From Eledone cirrhosa (taxonomy: Eukaryota): DNA of 64,000 nt. Each line of letters begins with the position of its first letter. The first letter of the stretch is position 1. This document shows, in pieces, positions 1 through 13,638 of the stretch. The notes under the pieces were generated by a model that searched no databases, had not been told where the DNA came from, and saw only the letters and a program-made list of their open reading frames with translations. Where the stretch lies: contig OZ024751.1 of the NCBI GenBank assembly GCA_964016885.1, positions 20,956,001 to 21,020,000 of the forward strand, read 5' to 3'. The translations under genes and the position numbers were made by a program.

Positions 1-99
1 ACTTTAAACAATGTTTCTATTGGTCTTTCCAAAGCTAATACTATCTACATTATCACTTTAAACACCCACAAATTTTGACCAGATACTGGATCAGGCTTG

Positions 100-645
100 A
101 ATAATGATTTCTACTATAGTTACAAGGCCAATAATTTGGTAGGTGGAGAAAGTCGATTAAATCGACCCCCATGCGTTACTGGTACTTTATTTTATCTACC
201 TCGTAAGGATGGGAGGTTTGAATAATTGTTTCTATTTTTGGAACAAGGCCAGCAATTATACCAGTGCATTACTGGTACTTTATTTTATGGACCCCGTAAG
301 GATGAAAGGCAAAGTTAACCTCGGCAGGATTTGAACTCAGACCGTAAAGGGACGTAATTCTATGCTGCAAAGCATGGCGTCCGACCCTGTATCGATACTG
401 CCAATCCACCGCCGGTTTGAATAATTTTTTTTTTTATATATGCACAAGGCCATCGATTTTGGGGGAGGGGAAAGTCGATTAAATCGACCCCAGTGCGTGA
501 CTGGTACTTTATTTTATCGACCCCCCGTTAGGATGAAAGGCAAAGTTGACCTCAGCAGGATTTGAACTCAGACCGTAAAGGGACGTAACTCTATGCTGCA
601 AAGCATGGTCCCCGACACTCTACTGATACTGCCAATCTACCGGTG
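100..645 (-). mobile_element. Three tandem partial/full copies of a tRNA-derived SINE (family A)
   Basis: Reverse strand reads GGCGGTGGATTGGCAGTATCG (A-box-like) ... GAGTTCAAATCC (B-box) ... GCCTTTCATCCTTACGGGGTCGATAAAATAAAGTACCAGT; this body recurs many times in the window. Confidence 0.85.
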
Positions 646-968
646 ATTTGAATAATGCGCGAAAAGAAGATTCGCCAAAATCCAGACGAACATTTTCAGG
701 GTCTTGTGAGGATATTTGCCAAGCAGCATGGAAATGTTGATGCAGTCGCGTTACTAGAATTTGTCAGCTATCGTAAAAATAAATAATGAATAAATAAAGA
801 TAGAAAGAATTGCAGGGTCGTTCTAATACAACGTTTCAAAACCTCACGTAATAATTGACCTCGGGTTGATAGCAAGAAGCTTGCTCACGCATTTCCGTTT
901 TCCATTGGCCAGTATGTATCACTGCACGTGTAGCCCTACAATCTGGAAAGCTTCTGATAACACCTCAA

Positions 969-1029
<61 letters not shown>

Positions 1030-1033
<4 letters not shown>

Positions 1034-1926
1034 AGGATCGGAATTAAGAGTATTCCGCAGTTCACAGTAATAATAATAATATTAGCTCAAAGAAGAATAG
1101 GGAGTTTTCTTCTGAGCTCAAATGCAAATATATTACACAAATAGAAGTGTGTTACACAGTGAGATGTGTGTAAAGAATTATTACAAGTGAGTTTTACCGT
1201 TACTGTATAGAGAACAATATCTACAGGTTTAGCAATTAAATAGAAAAAAACTAAGTCAGAATCAAATCACTGAATTAGAGTTTTAAATTACCAACCTTAT
1301 AACTATAAGTTTGCTGATACGAATCTCGTTCGTTTCACCACCGACATGTGCAGTATAACAGTTCACAGGATCCTCAGTCATCAAATGTGAAAACTGTTCA
1401 CGACACATCTAACCTCATGGATAGAGAGAAAGCTAATATACACGCTGCCCAGAGTAGGGCGAAATCACGTGTTATTTGCATCAAATAACGGCTCTGATGG
1501 ATTGGGGAAATGCTAGAGAGTGCAGCCCAACCATTCGAATTTATTAGCTCAACATTTGGAGCTCGTTAAGTACAAGGATCGGAATTAAGAGTATTCCGCA
1601 GTTCACTAGCTTTCTCTCTATCCATGAGGTTAGATGTGTCGTGAACAGTTTCCACATTTGCTGACTGAGGATCCTGTGGACTGTAATACTTACTGCACAT
1701 GTCGGTGGTGAAACGAACCGAGATTCGTATCAGCAAACTTATAGTTATAAGGTTGGTAATTTAAAACTCTAATTCAGTGATTTGATTCTGACTTAGTTTT
1801 TTCTATTTAATTGCTAAACCTGTAGATATTGTTCTCTATACAGTAACGGTAAAACTCACTTGTAATAATTCTTTACACACATCTCACTGTGTAACACACT
1901 TCTATTTGTGTAAGATATTTGCATTT
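1030..1926. mobile_element. (TA)n-flanked Penelope-like pLTR remnant with inverted arms
   Basis: Inverted arms ~1120-1435 and ~1607-1926 with a few mismatches; 36-bp direct repeat at 1030-1065 and 1571-1606; HHR motif in each arm; (TA)n on both sides. Confidence 0.7.
1657..1737 (+). ncRNA. Type I hammerhead ribozyme motif (inverted copy ~1310-1386, -)
   Basis: Stem I TTTGCTGA/TCAGCAAA; CTGAGGA 1665-1671; GAAA 1710-1713; stem III CGAA/TTCG; TA site 1728-1729; base of stem II imperfect. Confidence 0.65.
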
Positions 1927-1947
1927 ATATATATATATATATATATA

Positions 1948-2182
1948 GTTATACTTTGGGAGGGTCATGTTGCCAATAAGAAACACACGCACCATTTGCT
2001 TTCACTTCAATTTATTATAATAAATTTATAATAAATTTATAAATTTATAAATTTATTATAAATTTATTATGATAAATTGAAGTGAAAGCAACTGGTGCGT
2101 GTGTTTCTTATTGGCAACATGACCCTCCCAAAGTATAACAATATCGGTTTCAACACACGATTTCAGATAAAGAATCTTGCTA

Positions 2183-2187
<5 letters not shown>
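1948..2187. mobile_element. (TA)n-flanked fold-back repeat; related to 9705-9790 and ~63870-63910
   Basis: Arms ~1949-2040 and ~2050-2139; shared motif GAAA(T/C)CGTGTGT(T/C)GAAA..ATATTGT. Confidence 0.6.
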
Positions 2188-2250
<63 letters not shown>

Positions 2251-2256
2251 CATGCT

Positions 2257-2325
<69 letters not shown>

Positions 2326-2385
2326 TTATATATATATAATGTGTGTCTGTGAGTGTGTGAATGTGTGAGTGAGAGTGTGTAAATG

Positions 2386-2429
<44 letters not shown>

Positions 2430-2524
2430 TGGTTGTGAATGTGTGTATGTGAGTGTATGCAAGTGAGAGCGTGCGTGTGAGAGTATGTGTAAATATGGGT
2501 GTGCATCAGTGTCAGTGTGTATGA

Positions 2525-2600
<76 letters not shown>

Positions 2601-2831
2601 GCGCGTGCGTGCGTGCTCAAATTGTGCAAAGCTTGTCATAAGTTCGTCCCGAACGTGAAATAGAGCGTACTTCTGAAACTGCTCACTAAGTGATTTAGCA
2701 ATCAATGGTAAATACATAAGATTTATGTATTGGTTACGGTTAAATACATGTACATGGTATATTTATAAGTAACAGAACAGGATTAAAGACTTAAAACTTG
2801 AGATCAGTAGGATATCCAACACCAAAATCAA

Positions 2832-2912
<81 letters not shown>

Positions 2913-2917
<5 letters not shown>

Positions 2918-3354
2918 CCGCCTCTTCATTGCTGTAGTGGAGTCTGTGCTGCTGTATGGGTCTGAGACTTGGACACTGACCAAGAAACTCACTCAGATGG
3001 TGGATGGTTGCTACACGAGAATGCTGAGGATGGCTCTGAACATTAATCAGTATACACTGAGGATGAAAAAGTCAGAGCTGTATGGGAGCATCCCAAAAGT
3101 CAGCTCAAAAGTGACACAGAGAAGACTGAGGTTAGCTGGACATGCTCACCGACATCCAGAGTTGACATTGCACTCAGTGCTCCTTTGGGAGCCCCTACAT
3201 GGACACACTAGAAGAGGAAGACCAAGGTTAACGTATGTTGATGCCTTAAGGACAGACACTGGTCTGTTGGAGATGCAGGACATGGCAGTGATAATGAGGG
3301 ACAGAGACCGCTGGAGAGAACTCGTCCATGGATCTCGGGAATTTTACCCGCCTT

Positions 3355-3356
<2 letters not shown>
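2913..3356 (+). pseudogene. 5'-truncated RTE-clade LINE, C-terminal part of the RT ORF
   Basis: KIRLFIAVVESVLLYGSETWTLTKK...RRLRLAGHAHR...RRGRPRLTYVD...DRDRWR, typical RTE post-RT motifs; stop followed directly by (AT)n. Confidence 0.9.
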
Positions 3357-3411
<55 letters not shown>

Positions 3412-3417
<6 letters not shown>

Positions 3418-3688
3418 AGAAAAAAAGAGAATCAGTGTTGCGACGAATGGAATTTATTGGACATATTACAATCGTTTCTCTGGCGACCAGCTCGAGGCAC
3501 GATCGATGTGATGATCGAATCTGACTCTGAAAATCGCAAGGTCCTCAAATACGTCTTGATTCTACGAAGCAAATTTTCCTAGAGAAACACTGATTCTTTT
3601 TTTTTTCTGTGATATCATACTCTGCCCTATGAGAGCATTGAGTGCTCATACGGCCTACCGCATACGGACGCTTTAAGCATCCAACACC

Positions 3689-3692
<4 letters not shown>
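3412..3692. mobile_element. Penelope-like remnant with short inverted termini and degenerate HHR (3460-3555, -)
   Basis: ATCACAGAAAAAAAGAGAATCAGTGTT / AACACTGATTCTTTTTTTTTTCTGTGAT; minus strand GACGTAT-TTGAGGA...GAAA-CGATTG-TA-ATATGTC. Confidence 0.55.
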
Positions 3693-3758
<66 letters not shown>

Positions 3759-3849
3759 CAGTCGATCGACTTTCGTCAAATCGGACCAAGGCACCAATGT
3801 TTCCGTTGGTCTTTCCAACTGCTAATACTATCTATCGGTCGCAACTCCA

Positions 3850-3975
3850 GGTAGAAGGAGCAACGTGAAATAAAGTGTCTTGCTCAAGATCATAACGCAT
3901 CGCCCGGTCCAGGAATCGAACTCACAACCTCACGATTGCGAATCCAATTCTCTAACCACTCAGCCACACGCCTTC
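3850..3975 (-). mobile_element. tRNA-derived SINE, CORE-like family B (also 36620-36897 -, 26290-26460 +)
   Basis: Reverse strand AGGCGTGTGGCTGAGTGGTTAGAG...GAGTTCGATTCC...TCTTGAGCAAGACACTTTATTTCAC. Confidence 0.75.
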
Positions 3976-4170
3976 ACATATATATATATGAAAAGATTCA
4001 AGACCCCGACGGCTGAGCTCCGGCTGTTTCGGAGCTCAGCCATGGGATTTTTTTTAACACACATTATCTGATATATGTCAACACAAATGGATGGACCTGT
4101 TATTTTTATCTAAAGACATTTTTTTCAATTCCACCCGCCCGCCCCTTCAATCTATCTTATTTATCCTTCT

Positions 4171-4208
4171 TTCTTCCGATGAAGGACTAGCATCTGAAAC
4201 GTTAAGAC
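4171..4208 (+). ncRNA. Minimal Penelope-type HHR motif, CCGATGA variant (decayed inverted copy ~4407-4445)
   Basis: TCTT-CCGATGA-AGGACTAGCATCT-GAAA-CG-TT-AAGA. Confidence 0.45.
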
Positions 4209-4567
4209 CCTCTTCTTGCCATTTCAAGCGTTAACCTAATATATTCCTTCAATATAATGTACCGATTGTGTTGTTATTTGTGTTTACTTTTTACATATAT
4301 AAATATATATATATAGAGAGGGGGGTATCAATAACGACAAGAGAATAATAGAGTACAATGATGATATATATATATTAGTTTATGGCTTAATATAGTAGGA
4401 GGAAAAGTCTTAACGTCCACGATGTTAGTCCTTCACCGGAAGATGGGATGAGGGATAGAAAAAGAAATAGAAATAAATATGAGAGCAAGAAAAGAAAGAA
4501 TACGTGAAATTCTTTTTACGATGAAAGCATGTATATTTAGCAAGCCATATATATATATATATATAAA

Positions 4568-4675
4568 CGCTTCTACAGGACTAGAACTGATGATTTCTCA
4601 CGAATGAAACAGTTCTAGTCCTCTAGAAGCTTTTCTATATTAAAACATTTATACTCTGCCATGTATTGAGTATCT
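4568..4675 (+). mobile_element. pLTR end with truncated HHR core in a hairpin; same family at 54868-54933 (-)
   Basis: GCTTCTACAGGACTAGAACTG / CAGTTCTAGTCCTCTAGAAGC enclose CTGATGA(4587)-TTTCTCACGAAT-GAAA; followed by ATACTCTGCC...TTGAGT. Confidence 0.5.
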
Positions 4676-4807
4676 TACTTACTGTGGTTACCCCCGATTG
4701 AGCCCGGATTAACTATATAGGAAAAGAGTTTTTCTTTGCTTTTTTCCTTAAGGCCTCCTGGAATGTGCTTACCATCATTCCTTTCGTATACAACTATTAT
4801 GCAATAT

Positions 4808-4865
4808 ACACCTGATGATGTCACCGGGTCCATACGCAACCTGGCCTCTGAAATGTGCATAGTGT
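4808..4865 (+). ncRNA. Type I HHR motif
   Basis: ACAC-CTGATGA(4812)...GAAA(4850)-TGTGCA-TA-GTGT. Confidence 0.6.
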
Positions 4866-4978
4866 TTACAGAAATAAATAATTAAGGGGTTTCAGCCTGT
4901 CCGGGCTCCTGTTAGTTTACTTTATAATACATACATATATAGCGAAGTTAATTTAAACCTGTTGACTTACACTTCTTG

Positions 4979-5086
<108 letters not shown>

Positions 5087-5493
5087 AGAGCAAACTATTC
5101 ATCCCTTGTCTGTATTGTTGTGGGTGGCTGTTTCTAGGAATACACGTGTTTATGAGAGTTAATGAGTGAATGAACAAGTTACGTAGTTTCCTTGTGACTA
5201 TATGGATGTTGAAGTCTGTTGGGCGTGTGTGTGTGTGTGTGTGTGTTTATATAAGTACATGTGTATGTGTATGTGCATGAGTGTGTGTGTGTGTGTGTGT
5301 GTGTGACAGAGAGAGAGAGAGAGGCGGGGTGTGAGGGGGTAACAGGAGAAGTGTAGAGCTGTGAAAGTAGGAGATAGAGAGAAAAACCGTTTCAATGTCA
5401 ACTGTTTTTGCGATCGTCTTACAAAGTTTGCAAACATATATATCTGTATATATATATATGTAAAACACACACAAACATATATACACAAATATG

Positions 5494-5569
<76 letters not shown>

Positions 5570-5684
5570 AATACGCATTCACATATCCATACATACACAC
5601 CCATATTCCATATATACCCACGCACGCGCATATTTGCATACATACTACACATGAGTGTTTATGTATTTCTCTCTCTGTTTCTCT

Positions 5685-5722
<38 letters not shown>

Positions 5723-5972
5723 ACTCACTCACACACACACACACATACATACACACACACACACACTCCCCTACTATCTGACCTTGACACATTGTGACGT
5801 GTGTTTAATAGTTTACGATCAACTTCTTCATCTTCTCCTTCGTTCACTGCAGTCAAATTCCTCCGTGTTTACTAAACGAGAGACGCTGTGTATGAGTGAG
5901 TGTGTTGGGTAGTGGTGGTGGTGGTGGTGGTGGTGGTGGTAGAGGTGGGTGGTGGTGGTGATGGTGGTGTTG

Positions 5973-6004
<32 letters not shown>

Positions 6005-6389
6005 GGTGACGGTGGTGGTGATGGCGGTGGTGGCGTTGGGTGGGAGATGGTGGTGGTGGTGGTGGTGGTGGCGGTGGCGGCTGTGGTGTGGGTTGGTGGC
6101 GGTGGTTGTGGTGGTTGATGGTTGTGGTGGCGGTGACGGTGGTGGTGGTGGTGGTTGATGGTTGTGTGGGTTGTGGTGGTGGTGGTGGTGCCGGTGATGG
6201 TGTGTGTTGGGTGTTGCGGTGGCGGCGGTGGTGTGGCGTAGATGAAGACTTGTAAAGGGTGGGCCTTTGAAATTTAGGGTGTCGGTGGTTAGAAAACCGG
6301 GTAGGAATGGAGGGGGTGGGGTTACTTCTGGGGATTCGACTGAAACCTTGTACAAGTAAAAACAACAACAAAAGAAAACAAACAATTTG

Positions 6390-6525
6390 TGATGTTTGTT
6401 GCTGATGTTATTGTTGATGATGATGATGGTGATGATGGTGATATTGTTGATGATGATGATGATGTTATTGTTGATGATGATGATGGTGATGTTATTGTTG
6501 ATGATGATGATGATGATGTTATTGT

Positions 6526-6557
<32 letters not shown>

Positions 6558-6570
6558 GTGATGTTATTGT

Positions 6571-6608
<38 letters not shown>

Positions 6609-7250
6609 TTATTGTTGATGATGATGATGATGGTGATGTTATTGTTGATGATGATGATGATGTTATTGTTGTTGATGATGATGATGATGATGATGATGTT
6701 ATTGTTGTTGATGATGATGATGATGATGATGTTATTGTTGTTGATGATGATGATGATGTTATTGTTGATGATGATGATGATGTTATTGTTGTTGATGATG
6801 ATGATGATGATGATGATGTTATTGTTGTTGATGATGATGATGATGATGATGTTATTGTTGTTGATGATGATGATGATGATGATGTTATTGTTGTTGATGA
6901 TGATGATGATGTTATTGTTGATGATGATGATGATGATGTTATTGTTGATGATGATGATGATGTTATTGTTGATGATGATGATGATGATGGTGATGTTAGT
7001 GTTGTAGTTGTGGCTGTTGTTAGTGTTGTAGTTGTTAGTGTTGTTAGTGTTGTAGTTGTTGCTGTTGTTAGTGTTGTAGTTGTTAGTGTTGTTAGTGTTG
7101 TAGTTGTTGCTGTTGTTAGTGTTGTAGTTGTTGCTGTTGTTAGTGTTGTAGTTGTTGCTGTTGTTAGTGTTGTAGTTGTTGCTGTTGTTAGTGTTGTAGT
7201 TGTTAGTGTTGTTGCTGCTGTCGCTGCTGTTGCTTCAGTTGTTAGTGTTG
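6390..7250. repeat. Compound (GAT)n-GTTATTGTT and GTTAGTGTT/GTAGTT minisatellite
   Basis: Direct inspection; triplet-based units. Confidence 0.9.
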
Positions 7251-7263
7251 TATCAAGTTCCAT

Positions 7264-7784
7264 TGGTGAGGCCGTCCATCTGCTGCCAGCACCCTCTACG
7301 CGGAGGGCTGGGCATGCCGTGACTAATGATGCGCAGACATGCGTTGAGGCTGCGACATCTCCAGATATTCTGCCTAAACGGTGAACAGGTGTGGTCGCCG
7401 TTAATCAGACGGGCCTTTCCACAGCTCATTTCTTTGACTGAGCTGCAGTCCTGGGTCAAGAAGAGACCGATACTGGGTGGCTGGCACCTGGAATGTTGCC
7501 AGGCATTCACTGCCCTCTACCAAGCGGGCAATGCGATCTGTGGAACTTCCACTCGCGAGTTCTATAGAGGATTAGTGGTGGGCAAGTGCGATGACGCACT
7601 CGGAGAAGCTTTGGGCCTCGACGAAGTTGAACTGACCAGTCTGTACGGAGGACTTTCGAGCTGGGGACGATGGACAATTTCCAGAAATCCCTCGCTTGGC
7701 AGTGCTACCGGTGGCACTGCCGGTTCGGGATAAACTCTACAGGCACGGAAGTGCTGTCAGACGGACCTGCCGAAGATGCGCACA
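7264..7784 (+). pseudogene. L1/Tx1-clade LINE ORF2 C-terminal fragment, disrupted
   Basis: CCQHPLRGGLGMP*LMMRRHALRLRHL ... SLAWQCYR/ALPVRDKL...TCRRC (GGLG motif and start of a zf-RVT-like knuckle); stop codon and frameshifts. Confidence 0.8.
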
Positions 7785-7914
7785 GAATTACCTCCCTTTA
7801 TGATCTGAGTTCAAATCCCGAAGTTAACTTTGCCTTTCATCCTTACAGGGTCGATAAAATAAAGTACCAGTAATGCACTCGGTAATTGCTGGCCTTGTGC
7901 CGAAAGTAGAAACA

Positions 7915-8012
<98 letters not shown>

Positions 8013-8154
8013 AAGTGGTAGTAGTTGTAGTGGTAGTAGTAGTAGTATAGTAGTAGTAGTAGTAGTAGTAATAGTAGTAGTAGTAGTAATAGTAGTAGTA
8101 GCAGTAGTAGTAGTAGTAGTAGTAGTAGTTGTAGTAGTAATAGTAGTAGAAGTG

Positions 8155-8200
<46 letters not shown>

Positions 8201-8398
8201 CAGTAGTAGCAGTAGTAGTAGTAGTAGTAGTAGTACTGGCAGTGATAGTAGCAGCAGCAGCAGCAGCAGGAGCAGCAGTAATAGTAGTAGTAGTTGTTGT
8301 TGTTGTTGTAATAGTTATTGTTGTTCTTGCTGCTGTTGTTGTTGATGATACTTCTGTTTTTGCAGCTGTTGTTGTTTCGTTATTAAATCTCTAAGTAG

Positions 8399-8805
8399 GG
8401 CGGTGGATTGGCAGTATTGGTAGAGGGTCGGACGCCATGCTTTGCGGTCTGAGGTTCACTTTGCTTTCATCCTTACGGGGTCGATAAAATAGAGTACCAG
8501 TAATGTACTGGGTAATTTGCTGGCCTTGTGCCAAAAGTAGAAACAATTATTAAATGTCTAGGGGGTCGATAAAATAGAGTACCAGTAATGTACTCAGTAA
8601 TTTGCTGGCCTTGTGCCTAAAGTAGAAACAGTTATTAAATGTCTAAGGGTCGATAAAATAGAGTACCAGACGCCATGCTTTACGGTCTGAGTTCAAATCC
8701 CGCCGAGGTTCACTTTGCATTTCATCTTTACGGGGTCGATAAAATAGAGTACCAGTAATGTAATTTGCTGGCCTTGTGCCTAAGGTAGAAACAGTTATTA
8801 AATGT
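8399..8805 (+). mobile_element. SINE family A cluster with reiterated 3' halves (another partial copy at 7790-7915)
   Basis: GGGTCGATAAAATAGAGTACCAG four times; head GGCGGTGGATTGGCAG at 8399. Confidence 0.8.
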
Positions 8806-9070
8806 CTAAGTAAGAGAATCGTCCTCGTTTGGAGAGTTGAACACAGCCCAAGTTGATAAGATGCCAAGCAGATTACAACGATCGCAGCACAGAACCTCAC
8901 ATCACAGCAAGCAGCAGGCAACGAGGCTCGGCTATTTCTTCGTTTACCCTCATTGGTGCTTCTAACTTAACTTGCACAAAACACATACAAGAACGCTACA
9001 GCAGTATATTATATAAACTAGAATTATATTTACCGTTCGTTCAAATACCGAGGCCCGTTTTCTCGTTACT

Positions 9071-9128
<58 letters not shown>

Positions 9129-9146
9129 ACACATCATACACACACA

Positions 9147-9185
<39 letters not shown>

Positions 9186-9219
9186 GGGGAACAAAGGTGA
9201 ATAATGGTGATACTCTTAG

Positions 9220-9261
<42 letters not shown>

Positions 9262-9274
9262 ACAAATACATATA

Positions 9275-9322
<48 letters not shown>

Positions 9323-9372
9323 TATATATACACACACATACATACATACATATATAAATATATATATATACA

Positions 9373-9428
<56 letters not shown>

Positions 9429-9491
9429 GATATATATATATATATGGATATATATATATCTATATATATATCTATATATCTATATATATAT

Positions 9492-9573
<82 letters not shown>

Positions 9574-9594
9574 TTATATATATATATATATATT

Positions 9595-9653
<59 letters not shown>

Positions 9654-10045
9654 ATATATTATATATGTGAATGTGTGTGTGTGTGTGTTTGTGCGTGTAT
9701 ACTTTATATTTGTATTGCGAAACCGTGTGTTGAAAGAGATATTGTACTTTTAGCGGGTCATGCTGCCATTTAAACATATGCAACAGCTCGAGTTTAACTT
9801 TGTTTTTCGTTATTAATCATCTATGATTTGCTTAACCTTTCCTCGACTGCGTCTAGTAAAAATGTACTAGCTGCCTTGAGATCCTTCCCACGCAGCACAA
9901 GTGGCGGCGTGGATTGACTATACCCCGGTCACCTCAGAGACCTCATCTCCTTTCACGATGCAGAGGCAGGAGCCCTTTCCCATACAGCCAGATCTGCCCT
10001 TCCCTACCGCTTCCTCATTTTCTTATTTGTGTAACTCATTTTTAA

Positions 10046-12671
10046 CCCTTTAGCATTTAAACCGGCCATACCGGCCAGAATTCTCTCACCTCTTTCTGTT
10101 CAAACTGGGCGTTACTAGCTACTCATACTTATCTCATAGATTCAATATTATGAGATAATTATGTGAGGTGAAGTCTTTACTGTGAAATACAATAGTATAT
10201 GTAGAGTAATGTAAATGTTATGTGAGATATTATGTAAGGTCAAGCCTTTACTGTGAAATACAATAGTATATATAAAGTAATGTAAATGTTATGTGAGATA
10301 TTATTTGAGGTAAAGCCTTTACTGTGAAATACAATAGTATATATAAAGTAATGTAAATGTTATGTGAGATATTATTTGAGGTAAAGCCTTTACTGTGAAA
10401 ATACAATAGTATATATAGAGTAATGTAAATGTAATGTGAGGTATTATGTGAGGTAAAGTCTTTACTGTGAAAATACAATAGTATATATAAAGTAGTGTAA
10501 ATGTTATGTGAGATATTATGTAAGGTAAAGCCTTTACTGTGAAAATACAATAGTATATATAAAGTAATGTAAATGTTATGTGAGATATTATTTGAGGTAA
10601 AGCCTTTACTGTGAAAATACAATAGTATATATAGAGTAATGTAAATGTTATGTGAGGTATTATGTGAGGTAAAGTCTTTACTGTGAAAATACAATAGTAT
10701 ATATAAAGTAGTGTAAATGTTATGTGAGATATTATGTAAGGTAAAGCCTTTACTGTGAAAATACAATAGTATATATAGAGTAATGTAAATGTAATGTGAG
10801 GTATTAATTGAGGTAAAGTCTTTACTGTGAAAATACAATAGTATATATAAAGTAGTGTAAATGTTATGTGAGATATTATGTAAGGTAAAGCCTTTACTGT
10901 GAAAATACAATAGTATATATAGAGTAATGTAAATGTTATGTGAGATATGATGTAAGGTAAAGCTTTTACTGTGAAAATACAATAGTATATATAAAGTAGT
11001 GTAAATGTTATGTGAGATATTATGTAAGGTAAAGCCTTTACTGTGAAAATACAATAGTATATATAGAGTAATGTAAATGTTATGTGAGATATTATGTAAG
11101 GTCAAGCCTTTACTGTGAAAATACAATAGTATATATAGAGTAGTGTAAATGTTATGTGAGATAATATGTAAGGTCAAGCCTTTACTGTGAAAATACAATA
11201 GTATATATAGAGTAGTGTAAATGTTATGTGAGATATTATTTGAGGTCAAGCCTTTACTGTGAAAATACAATAGTATATATAAAGTAGTGTAAATGTTATG
11301 TGAGATATTATGTAAGGTCAAGCCTTTACTGTGAAAATACAATAGTATATATAAAGTAGTGTAAATGTTATGTGAGATATTATGTAAGGTAAAGCCTTTA
11401 CTGTGAAAATACAATAGTATATATAAAGTAGTGTAAATGTTATGTGAGATATTATGTAAGGTCAAGCCTTTACTGTGAAAATACAATAGTATATATAAAG
11501 TAGTGTAAATGTTATGTGAGATATTATGTAAGGTAAAGCCTTTACTGTGAAAATACAATAGTATATATAGAGTAATGTAAATGTTATGTGAGATATTATG
11601 TAAGGTCAAGCCTTTACTGTGAAAATACAATAGTATATATAGAGTAGTGTAAATATTATGTGAGATAATATGTAAGGTCAAGCCTTTACTGTGAAAATAC
11701 AATAGTATATATAGAGTAATGTAAATGTTATGTGAGATATTATGTAAGGTCAAGCCTTTACTGTGAAAATACAATAGTATATATAGAGTAGTGTAAATGT
11801 TATGTGAGATATTACTTGAGGTCAAGCCTTTACTGTGAAAATACAATAGTATATATAAAGTAGTGTAAATGTTATGTGAGATATTATGTAAGGTCAAGCC
11901 TTTACTGTGAAAATACAATAGTATATATAAAGTAGTGTAAATGTTATGTGAGATATTATGTAAGGTAAAGCCTTTATTGTGAAAATACAATAGTATATAT
12001 AAAGTAGTGTAAATGTTATGTGAGATATTATGTAAGGTAAAGCCTTTACTGTGAAAATACAATAGTATATATAAAGTAGTGTAAATGTTATGTGAGATAT
12101 TATGTAAGGTCAAGCCTTTACTGTGAAAATACAATAGTATATGTAAAGTAATGTAAATGTTATATGAGATATTATGTGAGGTAAAGACTTTACTGTGAAA
12201 ATACAATAGTATATATAGAGTAGTGTAAATGTTATGTGAGATATTATGTAAGGTAAAGCCTTTACTGTGAAAATACAATAGTATATGTAAAGTAATGTAA
12301 ATGTTATATGAGATATTATGTGAGATAAAGCCTTTACTGTGAAAATACAATAGTATATATAGAGTAGTGTAAATGTTATGTGAGATATTATGTAAGGTAA
12401 AGCCTTTACTGTGAAAATACAATAGTATATGTAAAGTAATGTAAATGTTATATGAGATATTATGTGAGGTAAAGCCTTTACTCTGAAAATACAATAGTAT
12501 ATATAGAGTAGTGTAAATGTTATGTGAGATATTATGTAAGGTAAAGCCTTTACTGTGAAAATACAATAGTATATGTAAAGTAATGTAAATGTTATATGAG
12601 ATATTATGTAAGGTAAAGCCTTTACTGTGAAAATACAATAGTATATATAGAGTAATGTGAATGCTAAAGGG
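10046..12671. mobile_element. piggyBac-type non-autonomous element
   Basis: TTAA(10042-10045)-CCCTTTAGCATT ... AATGCTAAAGGG-TTAA(12672-12675): 12-bp TIR plus TTAA TSD. Confidence 0.8.
10150..12660. repeat. 72-bp minisatellite, ~35 copies
   Basis: Unit GCCTTTACTGTGAAAATACAATAGTATATATAAAGTAGTGTAAATGTTATGTGAGATATTATGTAAGGTAAA; 24-aa periodicity in the ORF track. Confidence 0.95.
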
Positions 12672-12719
12672 TTAAAATAAAACTCTAATACACTGAACCA
12701 ATTATTTAATTAAGATTTG

Positions 12720-12796
<77 letters not shown>

Positions 12797-13048
12797 CCTT
12801 CCTACATGTTTTGAGAGTTCCTCCATGTTTTGACAGTCCTTGTATTTCAGCAAAAAGTATGTCTAGAAAAAGACACTGTTCACCATGAAGGCTTGGTTGT
12901 GGTGTTGTCTGTTGAGTCACCGATGGATCGACAGCTTGTACAGGGTTACAGTATTATCAGTAGCAGGTCACCTCGGTTATCACATCTATGACCTGACCTG
13001 GTCTCTCACAAACACACATTCTCTCTTTCTCTCTCTCAAACACACACA

Positions 13049-13106
<58 letters not shown>

Positions 13107-13189
13107 CATACACACACTAACACACACACGCACTCTCTCTCACAAACACACACATTCTCTCTTTCTCTCTCTCAAACACACACACGCAC

Positions 13190-13227
<38 letters not shown>

Positions 13228-13323
13228 AAACATACACACACTAACACACACACACACTCTCGCTCACAAACACACACACACACATACATACTCTCTCTCT
13301 CAAACACATACTCTCTCTCTCTT

Positions 13324-13354
<31 letters not shown>

Positions 13355-13422
13355 CTCTCACACACACACTAACACACATCCACATAACTTATACATACAT
13401 ACATACATACACACATACATAC

Positions 13423-13453
<31 letters not shown>

Positions 13454-13499
13454 CGTACGTATGTGCATGTACTTGCAGGTATCGATACAGATGCACATG

Positions 13500-13533
<34 letters not shown>

Positions 13534-13535
13534 TG

Positions 13536-13638
<103 letters not shown>

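Noticed and set aside
222-413. tRNA gene
   Set aside because: A/B boxes belong to a SINE head; no cloverleaf
6240-6352. Possible host exon on the minus strand (similar unique islands at 5800-5880, 12800-12990 and 58520-58780)
   Set aside because: Some acceptor-like context, but no recognisable protein or consistent exon chain; needs RNA-seq
6322-7384. Asp/Val-rich or Ser/Thr-rich ORFs
   Set aside because: Triplet repeats open in several frames on both strands; no splice or domain support
10248-12638. 796-aa ORF
   Set aside because: Translation of a 72-bp tandem repeat inside TIRs; no unique domain or gene context
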